Assembly: GCA_963693365.1 (NCBI GenBank)
Contig: CAVNZM010000012.1
Span: forward strand, 3,162,001 to 3,226,000
From: Amoebidium appalachense
Taxonomy: Eukaryota > Protista > Ichthyosporea
DNA: 64,000 bases
Direction of reading: 5' to 3'
Shown: piece by piece, positions 60,724-64,000 of the stretch
Position numbering within the stretch: position 1 is the stretch's first letter
How the letters are laid out: each line of letters begins with the position of its first letter
The notes under the pieces: generated by a model
The model's database searches: none
What the model was told of the DNA's origin: nothing
What the model saw: the letters and a program-made list of their open reading frames with translations, nothing else
Program-made: the position numbers and the translations under genes

Positions 60724-61514
60724 TCCGCAACCACACTAATGTTAGTCCGTTTTTAGATTTACATAGAAGGTGTGTAAGATCTAAGTAACTCCGCCTTGCT
60801 TCCTTGCAGTTTAGTTCCATCTACAGTACAACAGAAATGGAAACTCTATTCTTTGGCCTATGTAGCATTGACTGATAGATAATGTTTAATTAGATACCCG
60901 ATTGTACAGTAGCTTCTATAACCAAAGTCTGTGTATCCGTTCTTGTCATTTCCAAATAACCCAGTGATTTCCGAATCATTCACAATAGCAGTTACATATG
61001 AATATACCACTATCAACGAGGGGGAAAAGGGGGGGGGGGGGGGGTCTCAACGAACTTGCATTGAAATTTGGCCCTTTACAATGGCCAGGAATCAAATAAT
61101 TGAATTGGCATGATATCAGCACCCTTGTCTCAGCTATGCTTTATTCTAAATGCTGGATCATATTTTACAGATAGAATTTCATGTAGTAGTATCCCCCTCC
61201 CCCCCCCCCCCCCCTCCCTCCCTTCCTCCCACTGCCCCCCTCACCTCCTCCCCTCCCTCCCTTCCTCCATCTCCCTTGCTCTCCCTCCCCCCGGATATAT
61301 TGTGCGATTTAGGCGGATATTTGAAGATACCCATGTACTCGGGCTACATCTCAAGGCTCACGGACAAAATATCAAATAAACAGAAACTGGTACCTGTATC
61401 GATGCTTGAAATTTCCGATTTTCATAAACTATATCGACATGTCTGAACGTTCGTCCCAGGTGGACACGTATTTCTCGATGATGTGGATCCAGATGATCGA
61501 CATGGTAGCGTTAA

Positions 61515-61743
<229 letters not shown>

Positions 61744-61989
61744 CGAGGGTGTGTGTGCGGGTGTTTTTTGGTGCGTCCGTGTGTGCGTGTTAGTGTGTGT
61801 GTGTGCGCGCTTATGTGCACACAAATGTGTAGCTGAATTTATTGATTTATGTACGGTGTGTGAGTCCGGGTGTGTGCATCCTGACATCCTTACAATTTTG
61901 CGGCGCAAGGTTGCTGCTTGCATTAGAGGTAATTGTATATCCGAAGATAAATTCAATTGCGTAAATCCCACAGAAGACAATAATCATAC

Positions 61990-62300
61990 CCGCACAGTAT
62001 AACCCACAGCCATATCACCACAAGAACTGGCACAGTTACACCCATACATTATAGCCCAGGGACATATCCACACAGTATATCCAACAGTCTTATCCAATTT
62101 TATCCCACTGCCACATCCGCACTGTATATCTCACAGTCATATCCAGAGCATATCCCACAGTCATATCCACACCGACAGTCAAATTCATGCAGTACATTTC
62201 ACAACTCGGATTCACACAGTATATCCCACAGTCGTATTCACACAGTACATATCACAGCTCGGATTCACACAGTATATCCCACAGTCATATGTACACAGTA
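61990..62300. repeat. Degenerate short-unit minisatellite (tatatcccacagtca-like, ~13-15 bp)
   Basis: Recurrent cacagtatatcc / cacagtcatatcc units, with a higher-order duplication of ctcggattcacacagtatatcccacagtc near 62205 and 62258. Confidence 0.75.
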
Positions 62301-63604
62301 TGTATCTCATGATTATTCACGTCCATGGCATTTACATGAACACACCTGTATTCAGTTATTGTTTTCTCTTTGCCCAACCCATGACCAGCCCCAAGCACTT
62401 TGTATATCAAGACATCATCTATTTCTCCTTACAGACCCATCCCCAGGTAATACGCGTTCACACCTCTCCGTATCTAAGACTTGCATGATAAGATATACAT
62501 AAACCTGGTCCTGTGTCATGCATGGGAACAAAAAAACGAAAACAAAACAATGGGATACCGTGAATATATAGTGCAAAAGGGCCTATTTACGATATGTAGA
62601 TGCCTTTGTTACGTTTCCCTATAGCTAACTATGGCACAGCTGAACGAATACTTTAATTTGGGGGTGTACCAAATTGATGAAGGCAAATGAAATGAAAACA
62701 AAAGAAAAAGAAAAGGTAAGGTGGTGGTTTCCGTTTGTTTTTTTTTGTTTTTTTTTTCTTTGTTTTTTTTTGTGTTGTTGTTGTTGTTGTTGTAGGGGTG
62801 TGTGTGGAGGGGAGGAAGGGGGGGGGGGGGGGGGGGGGGGGAGGGAGGGGGGGTTCGGCAAATTCCAGTGAAATTTGGCACATCAGTGAGATCTGTGCAC
62901 GATATTGAAGCGTGTGCACATGTACATAAAAACACTGGCCCACAGCTATCTAGAGGCCACACACACCACCACCATCATGGCTCCTACAAGTTTGTATCTA
63001 ATGGCCTCTCCGTAACATTATTTGTGTAACTTAATAACCAAGCCCCCCCCCCCCCCCCCCCCCCCCCCTTCTCCCCCCCCCCTTCCAACCCATGCACCCC
63101 TCCCCCTCCCCCTCCCCCCACCCACCCACCCACCCACCCAAAGAGAAAAAAAAAAAGGTGCACCTATAGAGAAAGGGCCCACAAGTTGAAGGTATTTTAC
63201 GTCTATGCGTATACCCAGAGGTATCTGTTGAATTCTGTGTGGGTGTGGTTGCTCTTTTGTACCGCGGTGTGTAGTGTACGTGATACACATGCGTGTGTCA
63301 GTGCACTTGTGTGTGGAGGTGAGCGTGGGCGGTTGAAGAATGCTGCCCAAACACTTGCAAAACCGAAAAAATAAAAAAGGAAAAATTCGAGGAAAAACTA
63401 TCAGGAAGGGTCTAGGCTGTCAGTATGCCAACAGAGAATCCATGTAAAACTTAATTTTGGGGGGGTTCAATCGCTATCTGTCCCCGATGTATCCCCCCCA
63501 AACGCTGATTCTGATTGGTAGATGGACTTCCTTGAAATGTGGATGCTGCTACGGCCCCACATGCGCCCCCTTGCGAAAGACAGCCAATCAAACACCTGCG
63601 AGTT

Positions 63605-63669
<65 letters not shown>

Positions 63670-63893
63670 AGGTGAATAGATGTGTCGGTGTGGGCGTGTT
63701 AGGGTGTGCAGACAGGAATGGCTCTTAGTGTGTGTGTATGTATGTGTGTGTGTGTGTGTGTGTTTGTGTGCGGGGGGGGGGAAGGGCGGGTGGAGGGGGG
63801 GGGGGGGGGGGGGTAACTTCTTACCTGGGGTTGGGGAATTGTTTTAGGTGAAAGGGGGGATATGACAAGGAGGGCCGAAAAATGGGTGGGAGG

Positions 63894-63926
<33 letters not shown>

Positions 63927-64000
63927 AGAAGGGGTGGATTAGCCCTGACTTTTTTCTCCGATCACCCCCCCCTTCCCCTTACCCCTCAGACAAACTAATA

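Overview
Eukaryotic, spliceosomal-intron-rich DNA saturated with poly-G/poly-C tracts and (CA)n/(TG)n/(GA)n microsatellites; most ORFs in the supplied track are artefacts of these repeats. A receptor tyrosine kinase, compact genes and CTAAC-type branch points suggest a unicellular holozoan such as an ichthyosporean (inference only). Genes reconstructed by hand: two convergent paralogous single-pass membrane proteins with an ApoD/Blc-type lipocalin ectodomain and a shared cytoplasmic CxxC-x4-C motif; a receptor tyrosine kinase (TM, kinase, Tyr-rich tail; ectodomain not found; one frameshift); an intronless secreted GGA/FxNN-repeat beta-helix protein; a membrane-anchored six-Kazal protein with tRNA-Asp in its intron; and a 19-exon, ~659-aa phosphatase. 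The phosphatase has a calcineurin-A-like catalytic domain, no calcineurin-B-binding helix, a calmodulin-binding-type helix and its own EF-hand pair. It and the lipocalin receptor pair are the best candidates for undescribed biology. No CRISPR or rRNA seen.
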